A DNA stretch of 64,000 bases from Vicugna vicugna (lineage: Eukaryota), in contig MU058384.1 in assembly GCA_013265495.1 (NCBI GenBank), positions 2,579,010 to 2,643,009 on the forward strand. Direction: 5' to 3'. The first letter of the stretch is position 1. Each line of letters opens with the position of its first letter. The translations under genes were made by a program, and so were the position numbers. Shown here piece after piece: positions 62,884 through 64,000 of this stretch. The notes under the pieces were generated by a model. The model worked only from the letters and a program-made list of their open reading frames with translations, made no database searches and had not been told where the DNA came from.

Positions 62884-63313
62884 TGTTATGGGTTGACTCG
62901 TGCCCCCCGCCTCAACTTCACACGCAGCAGTCCTAACCCCTGGTGCCTCAGACATGACCTTATTTGGAGGTGGGGTCTTTACACAGGTAAACAAGTTAAA
63001 GGGACGTCATTAGGGTGGGTCCTAATCCAGCATGACTGGTGTCCTTATAAAGCAGGGAAATTCGGACACAAAGATACACATGGAGGGAAGACAAAGTGAA
63101 GAGCCCCGGGGAGAAGATGGCTGTCTACAAGCCAAGGAGAGAGGCCTGGAGCCGATCCTGCCCTCACAGTCCTGAGAAGGAACCAACTCTGCTGAAATCG
63201 TGATCTCAGACTTCCAGCCTCCAGAACCACAGGATAATACATTTGTTGTTATAGTCACTCAGTTTGTGGTACTGTGTGGTACTTTGTTACGCTGGCCCCA
63301 GCAAATTAATACA
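62884..63313 (+). mobile_element. ERVL-MaLR solo LTR (MLT1B-like)
   Basis: TGTTATGGGTTGA start, GGTGGGTCCTAATCCAG, GACTTCCAGCCTCCAGAAC, AATACA end; homologous to 1755-2135. Confidence 0.87.
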
Positions 63314-63590
63314 GTTAGGGTGATTCTTCTGAGATAGACTTTACTTTTTATACAGGTTTAGATTTACAGAAAATTCAAGCATGGTATGGAAAGTGACCAT
63401 ATTTTACCCACCCCTGCGCATGGTTTATCCTGTTATTAGTATCTTACCATTAATAAACAAATTTCCAGCTACCATTAAGGAACAAATATTGACATATTGA
63501 CTAAAGTCCACAATTTATTCTAGAAAAATTTATTTTTAATATGTTTATTATCTAAATCTTTCAAGAGACGACATACCATGACAGCTTTTA

Positions 63591-63721
63591 ATTTCTTTTG
63601 AGGAGGGGAGGGAGGTAATTAGGTTTATTTATTTATTTTTAGAGGACGTTCTAGGGATTGAACCCAGGACCTTGTGCACATTAAGCATGTGCTCTACCAC
63701 TTGAGCTGTATCTTCCTCCCT
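63591..63721 (-). mobile_element. tRNA-Ala-derived SINE (vic-1 type)
   Basis: Reverse complement has A/B boxes; TSD CATGACAGCTTTTA (63577-63590) / CATGATAACTTTTA (63722-63735). Confidence 0.88.
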
Positions 63722-64000
63722 CATGATAACTTTTAGAAGGTTAATGCTTTACTGACTTGCATTTAGCGTCTCTTTACTTTTTGGAAAGCAACCATTTTTT
63801 TCAACGGACAAATTGTTTTCTCATAATTATTATTATGGGGTTCCTCAACAGAACCAGATTTTAAAAAATCAGACAGTTTGTGGGATGTACACTCTCATAC
63901 CTAGATTAAGTTTTCTGCCTAGTCACCAGAAAGTATTAAAATCCAGGTATGTGGTCTTTCTGACCAATCACTTGACTCATTATTAAGAAAAATAATTAAA

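Noticed and set aside
1..64000. A novel multi-gene system, CRISPR array or prokaryotic-type defence locus
   Set aside because: The window is accounted for by one spliced mammalian gene plus ordinary interspersed repeats. I saw no repeat-spacer array and no unexplained long ORF.

Overview
Mammalian genomic DNA, very probably camelid (alpaca/camel): it carries four tRNA-Ala-derived vic-1-type SINEs alongside young L1 copies. The whole window lies inside one gene, ARFGEF3 (BIG3/KIAA1244), on the minus strand. I traced 24 consecutive internal coding exons (62756 down to 2311; 4,455 nt, about 1,485 codons). All have GT-AG boundaries and matching phases, and they splice into one open frame. The start and stop codons lie outside the window. 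The introns hold a 3.5-kb 5'-truncated L1 with a 14-bp TSD, other L1 pieces, MaLR/ERVL/ERV1-type solo LTRs, hAT MITEs, MIR/L2 remnants and microsatellites. I found no convincing new multi-gene system. The best leads are small: an inverted L1 3'UTR pair bracketing two exons (circRNA candidate), a tailless 90-bp L1 fragment with a TSD whose polarity suggests an antisense template, an L1 ending mid-ORF2 in an A-tail, a 157-bp internal L1 duplication, a template-switch scar, an AT-rich hairpin and a few splicing-regulatory candidates. Repeat family names and human-protein comparisons are from recall, not from a database search.
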